32,000 nt of DNA from Okeania sp. GTDB lineage: Bacteria > Cyanobacteriota > Cyanobacteriia > Cyanobacteriales > Microcoleaceae. Positions 1-9,287 of the stretch are shown one piece after another. Each line of letters begins with the position of its first letter. Positions within the stretch are counted from its first letter, which is position 1. The stretch spans positions 1 through 32,000 of the forward strand of contig NZ_JAYKGW010000123.1 of assembly GCF_035285525.1 (NCBI RefSeq), in the 5' to 3' direction. The translations under genes were made by a program, and so were the position numbers. Below the pieces are notes generated by a model that ran no database searches, was not told the origin of the DNA, and was given only the letters and a program-made list of their open reading frames with translations.

Positions 1-384
1 AGGGCGGGTTTAGATAAATCTGAGATTAAACAGAGAAATTTCTGCTCAAACCCGCCCCTACATAATTATTAATTATCCATTGAAACAGTAGGGGCGGGTT
101 TCACAATACCGCTAACGGTTTTCACAGACAGTGAGCTACCCAAACCTGCCCCCTTAACGTTGGGTCAGCCAAGCCCGCCCCCACATTTACCCGCCCCTAC
201 CATGTTTTGATATTTTAGACAAGAGGGCGGGTTTAGATAAATCTGAGATTAAACAGAGAAATTTCTGCTCAAACCCCTACCATATTTTGATATTTTAGAC
301 AAGAGGGCGGATTTAGATAAATCTGAGATTAAACAGAGAAATTTCTGCTCAAACCGGCCCCTACATAATTAGGAATTATCCATT
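1..384. repeat. Cluster of GC-rich stem-loop repeats (AGGGCGGGTTT-N38-AAACCCGCCCCT), including a 2 x 80-nt tandem duplication
   Basis: Near-identical ~59-nt hairpin units lie at 1-59, 224-276 (3' arm truncated) and 304-362. A variant hairpin, GGGGCGGGTTT...CAAACCTGCCCC, lies at 90-153. An 80-nt period is visible (CTACCAT[G/A]TTTTGATATTTTAGACAAG at 197 and 277). The 3' flank CTACATAATTA..AATTATCCATT follows copy 1 (57-81) and copy 3 (361-384). Confidence 0.85.
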
Positions 385-3382
385 ACTGTTGAGCTTCCTG
401 TTGTTGATACAGACAGAAATAACGTCCCTTAACCGCCATTAATTCATCATGAGTTCCTTGCTCCACCACAGAACCCTTATCCATCATAATGATAGTATTA
501 GCATTCTTCACTGTAGTTAAACGGTGAGTAATAAAAAACACGGTTTCACCTTGGAAAGCCTCTGCCAAATTCTCACAAACTTGACGCTCTGAACTATAAT
601 CTAAAGCGCTAGTTGCCTCATCTAGAATCAACAATTTGGGATTTTGTAAAACCGTCCGAGCGATCGCAATTCTTTGCCTTTGTCCCCCAGATAAGGAAGC
701 CCCCCTCTCACCGACCATAGTATTGTAACCATTAGGCAAGTTCATAATAAACTCATGGGCAACAGCCACCTTAGCAGCTCGGATAATTTCATCAGTAGTT
801 GCATCTGGATTTGTTAAAGCAATATTTTCTTGAACAGTTCCGTTAAACAGGAGAGTATCCTGCAAAACGACCCCAATTTGCCGACGCAAAGAATATAGCT
901 CTACTTTCTGTATATCATATCCATCAACAAAAATTCGACCGGAAAGTGGTGGATATAAACGTTGCAATAATTTCATTAATGTACTTTTTCCGGAACCACT
1001 CAAACCCACTATTCCCACAAAATAACCAGCCGGAAAATCCAAGTTTACATTAGTTAATTGTAGAGGTCCGCTTTGAGTAAACCGGAAACAAAGTTCCTCA
1101 AACTTGACACCCCCAGTAATAGGTGGCATATCAATATTATTCCGGTCATCCTCATCTACTTCTGCATCAGTATCCAAAACATCTCTTAAACGTTCAATAG
1201 ACATTCCCACTTCTTGGAAACTTTGCCAAACACTAACAAACCGGAGCAACGAACCGGTTACATTACCGGCAATAATTCGGAAAGCAATTAATCCCCCTAC
1301 CGATAAGTCACCATTGATTGCCAAATAAGCACCAACCCATAAAAGAGCTAATCCTGAAATTTTATTTAAAAATGAACTAATAGAACTAGAAACAGTTTGA
1401 GTGAGAACAGTATTAAAACTAGCCGTCATAAATCTCGCATAACGAGCAGACCATTCCCAACGAGACTTTAGTTCTAAATTTTGTGCTTTAACAGTTTGCA
1501 CACCATTCAAAACCTCGACCAAATAGGACTGAGAATCGGCATAACGCTCTGCCTTTTTCCTTAATAACCTCCTCACAATGGGAGAATTAACCAAAATAAT
1601 CCCAGCAAAAAAAGGAACGCCACCCAAAGCGACCGCAGTCATTAATGGATTCAGAGTCAACATCACAGCAATATAAATCACGGAGAAAACCGCATCCAAA
1701 ACCACCGTTAGAGCGGTACCCGTGAGAAAATTTCTAATATTAGCCAACTCCCCAATCCTACCTGTCAAATCCCCCACCCGGCGATTATCAAAATAATTAA
1801 GAGGCAAACGGAGTAAATGGTCAATCACCTCAGAACTCAGTTTCACATCAATGCGATTAGTAGTATCCACAAATAAGAAAGTTCTCAGACCACTCAACAA
1901 AGCTTCAAACAAGGCTGCCAACAACATCAATGCACCCAGAACATCCATCGCGTCAATATTACGCTGCCCCATAACCTTGTCGATAACAATCATCGTCATC
2001 AGGGGGTTCACCAAACCAAATATCTGTACGAAAAATGACGATATCAATACCTCAATAAACACGGTGCGATGTTCCATCAAGGAAGGAACAAACCACCAAA
2101 AACTAAACTGTTCCTTCTGCTCACTTTTTGGAGCTTGGAGCAACAGAACTTGTCCAGACTCCCCCCAAACTTCCTGGAACTGTCCTGGTTTCAGACGAGT
2201 CAATCCAAACTCAGGACTACCAACCACGATTTCCTTTTCTGTAATGCTGTAAAGTATCGCAAAACTCTCTTGCCATTGAACTAAAATAGGTGCTTTCAGT
2301 CTGGGTACTGCTGCTGCTGGAACCTGTGCTAGTTGACCTGTCAAACCCATCATTTGAGCGATCGCTCCACAAGCTTGTAATGATATTCTACCGGCCGTCC
2401 GCATTTGATTATCCAGGACTCGACGAATTACATCCCGGCGAAATCTGAGACCAAAATGTTTAGCCAGCATTTGAAAGCAAGCCAAAGGAATCGCCACTTC
2501 TCCTTTGGCACGGAAGATAGGATATTTTTTTGAAGAAGTATCTTGAAGAACAGTAGTCTCTGGTGGACGTGGTGGTGCTTGAGGTACTATAGAAATATCC
2601 AGAGGTGCTAGTTGACTCTTTTCTGGCTCATTTGCCTCTGTTTCAACTACCTCTTCCTCGATTTCTGGTTCAGGGAACCCCAGGAGTCTTACACCGTTTT
2701 CCCCCTCTATTTTTATAGATTTGTTTGCCTTATCCAAAACTACCTGACTACCAGGAGCAAAGTCTCCTACTATTCCACTACTAACTAGCCAAGTTTTTTC
2801 TCCCTCAAGTATGGATGCCAGTTCCTTGGTTCTTTTTTCTCCTTTGGGTAGATTGACTATTACAGCATTCTCTAGTACGCTTTTTGTCAATTCTTTCAGA
2901 TTACCTTTGACTTCAGCCCTTCTGGCAAATTCTTGACTAAGCAGGTCAAATACCTCAGTTATTGCCGGACGTTCCAGAAATACTTTTCCAAACTCCCGTT
3001 CTGCTGCCACTATTGCCAAGAAGTCCGCTGCTGGTAAAGTAATGGCTATTAAGTCTGTAGAAGCGATCGCCGTTTCACAAGGAATCCCTCGTAGCAACCC
3101 AGCCCAACCGAGAACTTCTCCCGGTTTGGCTAGTTGTAAGCTAATATGACGTTGCGATCGCTGGTCATAACCCAAGACTCGCGCCTGGCCTTGATAGATT
3201 ATTACTACCTGGACTGGCATTTTGTCTTTTTCAAATAGTGGTTGGCCTGTTCGGTAGCCTAGAAGTTGACACTTTCCCACCAACTTCGCCTTCAGAGCAT
3301 TTTCTGAAAGTTTGTTAAATGGTGGTTGGTCTGTCAGAAATTCTTGTACTTGCGCTCTTGATATTGTTGAAGAAGTAGCCAT
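383..3382 (-). CDS. ABC exporter (type I secretion-like) with an N-terminal cNMP-binding-like domain and a C39 peptidase-like domain
   Basis: 999-aa ORF. It has a CAP/cNMP-type beta-roll-like N-terminus (aa ~20-130), a C39-like segment (aa ~285-415), a multi-TM ABC exporter domain and an NBD. NBD motifs are Walker A GLSGSGKST, signature LSGGQRQR and Walker B LLILDEATS. Confidence 0.9.
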   Translation of the reverse strand: MATSSTISRAQVQEFLTDQPPFNKLSENALKAKLVGKCQLLGYRTGQPLFEKDKMPVQVVIIYQGQARVLGYDQRSQRHISLQLAKPGEVLGWAGLLRGIPCETAIASTDLIAITLPAADFLAIVAAEREFGKVFLERPAITEVFDLLSQEFARRAEVKGNLKELTKSVLENAVIVNLPKGEKRTKELASILEGEKTWLVSSGIVGDFAPGSQVVLDKANKSIKIEGENGVRLLGFPEPEIEEEVVETEANEPEKSQLAPLDISIVPQAPPRPPETTVLQDTSSKKYPIFRAKGEVAIPLACFQMLAKHFGLRFRRDVIRRVLDNQMRTAGRISLQACGAIAQMMGLTGQLAQVPAAAVPRLKAPILVQWQESFAILYSITEKEIVVGSPEFGLTRLKPGQFQEVWGESGQVLLLQAPKSEQKEQFSFWWFVPSLMEHRTVFIEVLISSFFVQIFGLVNPLMTMIVIDKVMGQRNIDAMDVLGALMLLAALFEALLSGLRTFLFVDTTNRIDVKLSSEVIDHLLRLPLNYFDNRRVGDLTGRIGELANIRNFLTGTALTVVLDAVFSVIYIAVMLTLNPLMTAVALGGVPFFAGIILVNSPIVRRLLRKKAERYADSQSYLVEVLNGVQTVKAQNLELKSRWEWSARYARFMTASFNTVLTQTVSSSISSFLNKISGLALLWVGAYLAINGDLSVGGLIAFRIIAGNVTGSLLRFVSVWQSFQEVGMSIERLRDVLDTDAEVDEDDRNNIDMPPITGGVKFEELCFRFTQSGPLQLTNVNLDFPAGYFVGIVGLSGSGKSTLMKLLQRLYPPLSGRIFVDGYDIQKVELYSLRRQIGVVLQDTLLFNGTVQENIALTNPDATTDEIIRAAKVAVAHEFIMNLPNGYNTMVGERGASLSGGQRQRIAIARTVLQNPKLLILDEATSALDYSSERQVCENLAEAFQGETVFFITHRLTTVKNANTIIMMDKGSVVEQGTHDELMAVKGRYFCLYQQQEAQQ

Positions 3383-3398
3383 CTTTTCGTTTTTTTAA

Positions 3399-3433
3399 GG
3401 AACAGGGAACAGGGAACAGGGAATAGGGAACAG
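3399..3433. repeat. STRR-like heptamer array (GGAACAG x5, one variant GGAATAG)
   Basis: Direct reading: ggaacagggaacagggaacagggaatagggaacag. It lies immediately upstream of the ABC exporter start codon on the minus strand. Confidence 0.9.
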
Positions 3434-3530
3434 TTATCAGCTATTAGAAGCAAACTGGATGTTCGCACCATTGCCATTGCCAAAGGCTTGACATTCACAG
3501 TTACTTATGCTATTGTAACCGATTATGTTT

Positions 3531-4295
3531 TTATTGCCTATTACCTACTCCCTCTTTTACATCTGAACGCAATGGTTTAAGAGGTCCATTTTTTCCAATT
3601 TGTTCTCGTACCCAAGTTTCAAATAATTCATCTATTAGATGTCGCCGCATTGACTCATCAAGCTGTGCTGGCATAAACTTTTCTAATTTAATAATTACCG
3701 TCCATTCCGTTAATGGACGTGGCGTCCAGATTTGACCAGGTTGACTTACTGATAAAATTTTACTGATAGAAGGATGTGGTTGACTTAGGGGAACCGGGCC
3801 TAACAATCCTCCAGTTCGTCCTTCTGGACCCTCTGAATATTGACGAGCAACTTCTGCAAAAGTTTGTTCTCCCTCCACTATCCGAAAGTATAGTTCGTGA
3901 GCTAGACTAGGGTTTTTAGTCCGAATTAGAGAATATACTACCTGGTCTAAACTACTTTTACGGGTGAGAAAATATCTTTCCACTTGATTGCTCCAAGTTT
4001 TTTGTTTAAATTTTTCTAGTAATATTGGCCTAGTTGCTATTTCTTCTAAATCTTTTTGAGTCATGTTTTGGCTCTTGAGCCATGCTTCCTTGGTTTCCGG
4101 GTTATTGAGTTGGTATTGTTGTTCTAGTCTTTCTAAGGCCGCAGTTGCTTCTTCTGTTGTGCAAGTTAAGTTAGCGATCGCTTGGTCGATTATTACTCCT
4201 CGCAAAAAATGAGGCATTAATTGATAACGTTGTAATAACGATGGGATATCTTGGGCTTGCAATAATTTATCACCGATTTGGAATAATCCTGTCAT
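3531..4295 (-). CDS. Peptidyl-prolyl cis-trans isomerase, parvulin/PpiC-type (SurA-like)
   Basis: The ORF track gives 3531-4310 from a TTG. I prefer the ATG at 4295, which has GGAGAG about 8 nt upstream. The C-terminal half resembles a PpiC rotamase domain (FAEVARQYSEGPEGRTGGLLGPV...IIKLEKF). It is co-oriented with and directly upstream of the ABC exporter. Confidence 0.7.
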   Translation of the reverse strand: MTGLFQIGDKLLQAQDIPSLLQRYQLMPHFLRGVIIDQAIANLTCTTEEATAALERLEQQYQLNNPETKEAWLKSQNMTQKDLEEIATRPILLEKFKQKTWSNQVERYFLTRKSSLDQVVYSLIRTKNPSLAHELYFRIVEGEQTFAEVARQYSEGPEGRTGGLLGPVPLSQPHPSISKILSVSQPGQIWTPRPLTEWTVIIKLEKFMPAQLDESMRRHLIDELFETWVREQIGKNGPLKPLRSDVKEGVGNRQ

Positions 4296-5562
4296 TTTGT
4301 CTCTCTCCAACTGACTTGCACTATCTTTTTTTAATTTAGTCTTTTGTTAAAGGTAGCCGCAAATAATTTAGTAATTATTTTTATTTGAACACCTCAATAA
4401 TTTAGGTAAGCCATGAATTTTCAGGACTACCTACTTTAAAAAAGTTATTATTTTTATTCAGTATATATTTATATTATTCAGTTGATATTTATTAAGCATT
4501 TATTAAATAGTCAAAAGAACCTAGTTATCAGCAATCAAATGTTTGACTCACAGAGAAAGTTATCTGTAGACATTGGAAATAGAAGAAACAGATAGAAGAA
4601 TATTTCCATACACATTATCTCGCCATCTATCTGTAGGTTGTCCCCTTAGCAAAATTAAAACTGCTTCAGAGAATAAATATATAAATTGTACATTTTTTTT
4701 GGATAGCCTACATAAATCTTATGAAGTTCTCAAGTTTTGGCTAGACAACCTTCTAAATCTGTTATTCTGAGTCAAACAATATAGATTGATTGTTACTCCA
4801 TGATAAACATGATAGTTAAAATATTCAACCCTGTCGTTTGTGTCACCAGGACTTAAAACTTGTCGAATTGCTTCTATCTAGCCATTAAGACCAACAATTT
4901 ACCATCAAAATAAGAAGACGCATTATTGTTTTTATTTGTTCCCATTATAGTTATGAACCAACCCTAAAATAGTAACATTTTTGATATAGCTAAAAGTATG
5001 CACTTAATCTATAGTTTTACCACCTTAAATAATTATTTTTTGGCTTTGCCCTTCATCTCTACCCTAATGTAATCCTTGAATTAAAAATAATTAAGTAAAC
5101 TCCCAAATTCTTAATAATGTTTCCTGAGTATTGACTCCTTATATAACACTAAATAATTCATTATTTCCTTAAAAAAATTGTCAGTATTTCCTGCCGAATG
5201 CCCTCCCATTCAGCAACAATATCCAAAACTTCAGGAATTATTTTAAATTAAAATAGCCTTGAAAATATACCCTTATAGTAAGATTAAACTTACCTCAAAT
5301 AATTAGGGCTAGCTGATTAAATACAAAAACATTGACCAATAAAAAAAATAGACCTTTTAGGCATTGAAAAAACGTAAACCTTATAAAAACTTATCTCAGA
5401 CTCAAAAGTTAGCATTTTAGTCAATAATTAGGCATAAAAATCAACATACTATTATGAACAACCACCCCCTCTACAACCATTCTAACACTTGCTCTTGACC
5501 CTTAACCATTCCCTACTCCCTCGAAAAAATTATTAACTAAACTGTATTGACCGACAACTGAA

Positions 5563-7260
5563 ATGACCCTAACAAAAACTGACCCTTCAGAAACATCTAT
5601 TCATCAAGAACTACTAAGACTTATTCCCGCCGACGCCAAAGTAGTTTTAGAACTAGGCAGTAGTCAAAGTAAAATAGCATCTGAATACAAAAAAATTAAC
5701 CCTCATTGTTATTACATTGGCATTGAATCCAATCCAGAAATTGCCAAAAGTTCCCTTGGAAAAGTAGATAAAATATTAGTAGGAAATATTGCAGAAAATA
5801 TTTCCACCTTTAATATTTCTCCAAAAACCGTAGATTGTCTGATTTATAACTTAAAATTAACAGCGATCGCCAACCCCATTGAAACCTTAAAACACACTCA
5901 AACTTGGTTAAAAAAAGACGCTCAAGTATTAGCAATAATAGCAAACGTACAGCATTGGCGCAGAATTATCAACCTCCTAAAAAGTGACTGGGAAAACTCA
6001 GAAATAATTCGACATTCGTTTACATTAGAAAATATTAAATCATGTTTTGCCCAAGCAAACTTACAAATATATGAAATCCAAACTCGTGGAGAAAAAGGAG
6101 AAGAATTTGAAAAATTTCTTCAAATTACCAAACCCTTAATTAACAGTTTAGGATTAGACAGAAAAAAGTTTGCCACACAGACAAGAGCCGAATACTTTAT
6201 TATCCGCGCTACCAACACACTCATTCCACCCCGGAGATTATTAATTCAAACAATAATTATGGACCCAAAAGTTTGTGGTACCATCAGAGTTTGGGAACCC
6301 GATAAACTTAGCGCCACCATACCAGGAGTCAGAACCATTTCCACAATTAAAACCGCCGATTTGAACGTAAGTTTACCTCAAGAAGAAAAAGTATTTATTT
6401 GGCAACGTACAATCTTAAAATATCCCTCCGACTTATATCAACTTAAGTCTTTACTGAAAAAAAACTATTTGATAGTAGCCGAAATTGACGATAACCCCTT
6501 ACGTCGTCCTGAATATGCTCAGAATAATTATCTTAGTTATCGTGGCTGTCACTGTATTCAAACCTCCACAGAATCTCTAGCCAAACTTTTACAGCAATAT
6601 AACCCTAACGTTGTAGTTTTTCAGAATCAACTAACCAAAATACCAACCCTATCTGAAAGCATATTTTCCCATAATAATAATTATCTTAGTATATTTTTTG
6701 GAGCCGTCAATAGAGAAGCAGACTGGCAAGAAATAATGCCAATAATTAATCAAACCTTATTAGAATATCAAGATAAAATTAGAATCAAAGTAATCCATGA
6801 TAAACTATTCTTTGAAACCTTAAACACACCCAACAAAGAATATTATCCATATTGTAACTATCAGCAATATCTAGAAATTCTTAGTAGTTGCCACATCAGT
6901 TTATTACCCTTAAACGACAATCAAACTAATCAAATGAAATCAGACTTAAAATTTCTGGAATGTGCCGGACATGGAGTAGCAGTACTTGCCAGTCCCACAG
7001 TTTATCAAAAATCAATCATTGACGGTGAAACAGGATTAATCTATTATTCTTTATTAGACTTTCGCAGAAAAATTAGACAACTTATAATCAATAAAAACCT
7101 TAGAGAAAAAATAGCAACCAACGCCTATAATTGGGTAAAAAACAATCGTTTACTTTCTCAACATTATCGTCAACGTCGAGATTGGTACCTACAAATGATA
7201 GATGAATTACCACGTTTAAATCAAGAATTAAAAAATCGTGTTCCAGAACTGTTTTATTAA
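5563..7260 (+). CDS. Fusion protein: N-terminal class I methyltransferase-like domain plus C-terminal GT-B (GT1/GT4-like) glycosyltransferase domain
   Basis: 565-aa ORF. At the motif I position it reads VVLELGSSQS, so the glycine loop is degenerate. The C-terminus has ECAGHGVAVLASPTVYQKSIIDGETGLIY, typical of the GT4 donor-binding half. Confidence 0.65.
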   Translation: MTLTKTDPSETSIHQELLRLIPADAKVVLELGSSQSKIASEYKKINPHCYYIGIESNPEIAKSSLGKVDKILVGNIAENISTFNISPKTVDCLIYNLKLTAIANPIETLKHTQTWLKKDAQVLAIIANVQHWRRIINLLKSDWENSEIIRHSFTLENIKSCFAQANLQIYEIQTRGEKGEEFEKFLQITKPLINSLGLDRKKFATQTRAEYFIIRATNTLIPPRRLLIQTIIMDPKVCGTIRVWEPDKLSATIPGVRTISTIKTADLNVSLPQEEKVFIWQRTILKYPSDLYQLKSLLKKNYLIVAEIDDNPLRRPEYAQNNYLSYRGCHCIQTSTESLAKLLQQYNPNVVVFQNQLTKIPTLSESIFSHNNNYLSIFFGAVNREADWQEIMPIINQTLLEYQDKIRIKVIHDKLFFETLNTPNKEYYPYCNYQQYLEILSSCHISLLPLNDNQTNQMKSDLKFLECAGHGVAVLASPTVYQKSIIDGETGLIYYSLLDFRRKIRQLIINKNLREKIATNAYNWVKNNRLLSQHYRQRRDWYLQMIDELPRLNQELKNRVPELFY

Positions 7261-7752
7261 AAAAGAAACAAAAATGAAAAAAGAAAAAAAAGACTTAAAA
7301 AAATTATAGACATAGCCTACTCCCTCCTCCTTATTTCCAAGAAGAAACTATAGTCATTTCCGACTAGACAGAGACAAAAGTTTCTAGCAAAAAAAAGTTT
7401 CATTATTATTTAAAATAACCATAACTTTGCACCACCATTTAACCCTTAAAATTACACAAAAAACACTAGCCGATATCATATTATTTTCAGCCATAACGCA
7501 AATCCTTACTAAATAAAATTTATTCCCTCCTAACACCCGACTCGTGAATTACATACCCGTTATTACAAAATACACCAAACCCTTTATACTTTTTAAAGAA
7601 TAAAAATAATGAAAGAATAGATATTTTTTGTCTATTACCTACCTCTTAAAACCATAAATATTATGTACCTCATAACTTCGGAAACTGCTATAGTATACTA
7701 AAACAAATAATAGTAGAAGCAAATCTATCCATTATTAATTATTAATTATCCA

Positions 7753-8661
7753 ATGCGAATATTATTTACAATTCCTCATTTTTTTAATCCTGAAGGTAGC
7801 GGACAACATGGTTCCTTACGAAAAGACCCACAAACACGCAGAATATCTCTTACTACCTCTTTAACCGCATTAAAAGCCTTATACAGTAAATCTCAATACA
7901 TCATTAATATTAACAATCTCCAAGCCATTCCTGCCAATCAAAACCATGGAAACGATGTCGATATTATTGTTTGTACAACTCAAAGTTTTCACCTATTACC
8001 TCAGATTCCATTAACATCAGACTTTTTAATGCACCACAACACCAAAGTCGAACCCATGTTATTAGGATTTGAATGTCAAGCCGTACTAAAATCTTGTCTA
8101 GGAAAATATGATTATTATTGTTATTTAGAAGACGACTTAATACTCCATGACCCTTGGTTTTTTACAAAATTACAATGGTTTAATCATCATACAGGAAATG
8201 ATAATTTGCTACAACCTAATCGTTATGAACTTTCACCCTTAGGAACCGTACCAAAAGCTTATATAGATGGAAACTTAAAACCAGAAATAACAGCTAAATT
8301 TCAAAACATTCGAGAAAAATTTCAGCTAAAAGGGAAAGTTATGGAGAAAGTTATTGCCTTTCATAGAACCCTTAATCCTCATTCTGGTTGTTATTTTTTG
8401 AATGCTGAACAGATGACAGAATGGGCTAGTAAACCTTATTTTTTGGATAGAGATACAAGTTTTATTGGTCCTTTAGAAAGTGCTGCAACTTTGGGAGTTA
8501 TGAAAACTTTTAAAATTTATAAACCTGCTATTGATGATGCTAGTTTCTTGGAAATTCAACATTTTGGTACTACTTTTTTGAGTTTAATTGGTAATCAAAT
8601 ATCAGTATTAGAAAGACAAGTTCAGGGTCAAGAAAAAACTCAGACTCAAGCTAAAATTTAG
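7753..8661 (+). CDS. Hypothetical protein with a DxD-like motif (possible GT-A-fold glycosyltransferase)
   Basis: 302-aa ORF with normal amino-acid composition. It has MRILFTIPHFF at the N-terminus and YLEDDLIL in the middle. It is on the same strand as the upstream MT-GT gene. I do not recognise a family by eye. Confidence 0.6.
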   Translation: MRILFTIPHFFNPEGSGQHGSLRKDPQTRRISLTTSLTALKALYSKSQYIININNLQAIPANQNHGNDVDIIVCTTQSFHLLPQIPLTSDFLMHHNTKVEPMLLGFECQAVLKSCLGKYDYYCYLEDDLILHDPWFFTKLQWFNHHTGNDNLLQPNRYELSPLGTVPKAYIDGNLKPEITAKFQNIREKFQLKGKVMEKVIAFHRTLNPHSGCYFLNAEQMTEWASKPYFLDRDTSFIGPLESAATLGVMKTFKIYKPAIDDASFLEIQHFGTTFLSLIGNQISVLERQVQGQEKTQTQAKI

Positions 8662-8711
8662 GTTAAAGAAAAAGTAAAAACAGAAGCTAACTATGGTAAT
8701 TTCAGTTATCA

Positions 8712-9080
8712 ATTATATATATGTATCTGCTAAATTTTCCAGTTTTGCTAAATAGGTAAATAGAGAAATTTTCCTTTCTCCAAACAACCTAAACTTTGGC
8801 GACATCTATATATATGTATCTGCTAAATTTTCCAGTTTTGCTAAATAGGTAAATAGAGAACTTTTCCTTTCTCCAACCAACCTAAACTTTGGCGACATCT
8901 ATATATATGTATCTGTTAAATTTTCCAGTTTGCTAAATAGGTAAATAGAGAAATTTTCCTTTCTCCAACCAACCTAAACTTTACCGACATCTATATATAT
9001 GTATCTGCTAAATTTTCCAGTTTGCTAAATAGGTAAATGTGGAGTTTTCCTTTCTCCAACCAACTTCTATTTTGCCGAAA
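8712..9080. repeat. Tandem array of four ~92-bp direct repeats
   Basis: The marker GACATCTATATATATGTATC recurs at 8801, 8893 and 8985, giving a 92-bp period. The first unit starts at about 8712. Units 1-3 differ by a few substitutions and a 1-nt T-run indel, and unit 4 diverges at its 3' end. Confidence 0.9.
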
Positions 9081-9287
9081 TAATATTATAGATATGACAG
9101 GCAAATTATAAATGTTGGGTTTCGTACCTCAACCCAACCTACATTTTTTCCTGATAACTAATAACTGAAATGACTATTCCCTTAGAACTTGACTATTCCA
9201 CTAAAGTCAGGGATAATGCCTAAACCCTTATTAGAAATTTACTATATTAAGGCTCAAGTAAAAAAAAGCTTATATTATAACAGATAA

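Noticed and set aside
1-384. The hairpin cluster as a simple set of Rho-independent terminators.
   Set aside because: The stems are not followed by U-tracts and the loops are long (~38 nt). The units are amplified as repeats, so terminator function is possible but not supported by sequence alone.
1104-2284. ORFs 1104-1328, 1851-2252 and 2069-2284 on the plus strand.
   Set aside because: They lie entirely antisense within the well-supported 999-aa ABC exporter gene. Their composition is low-complexity and skewed, and they have no recognisable motifs.
4573-4770. 65-aa ORF in the AT-rich spacer.
   Set aside because: It has a non-ATG start, no RBS-like sequence, and a composition typical of translated AT-rich non-coding DNA.
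8712-9080. Possible CRISPR array (regularly spaced repeats).
   Set aside because: The whole 92-bp unit is repeated head-to-tail with no unique spacers. The period is too long, and no cas genes or leader-like arrangement are present.
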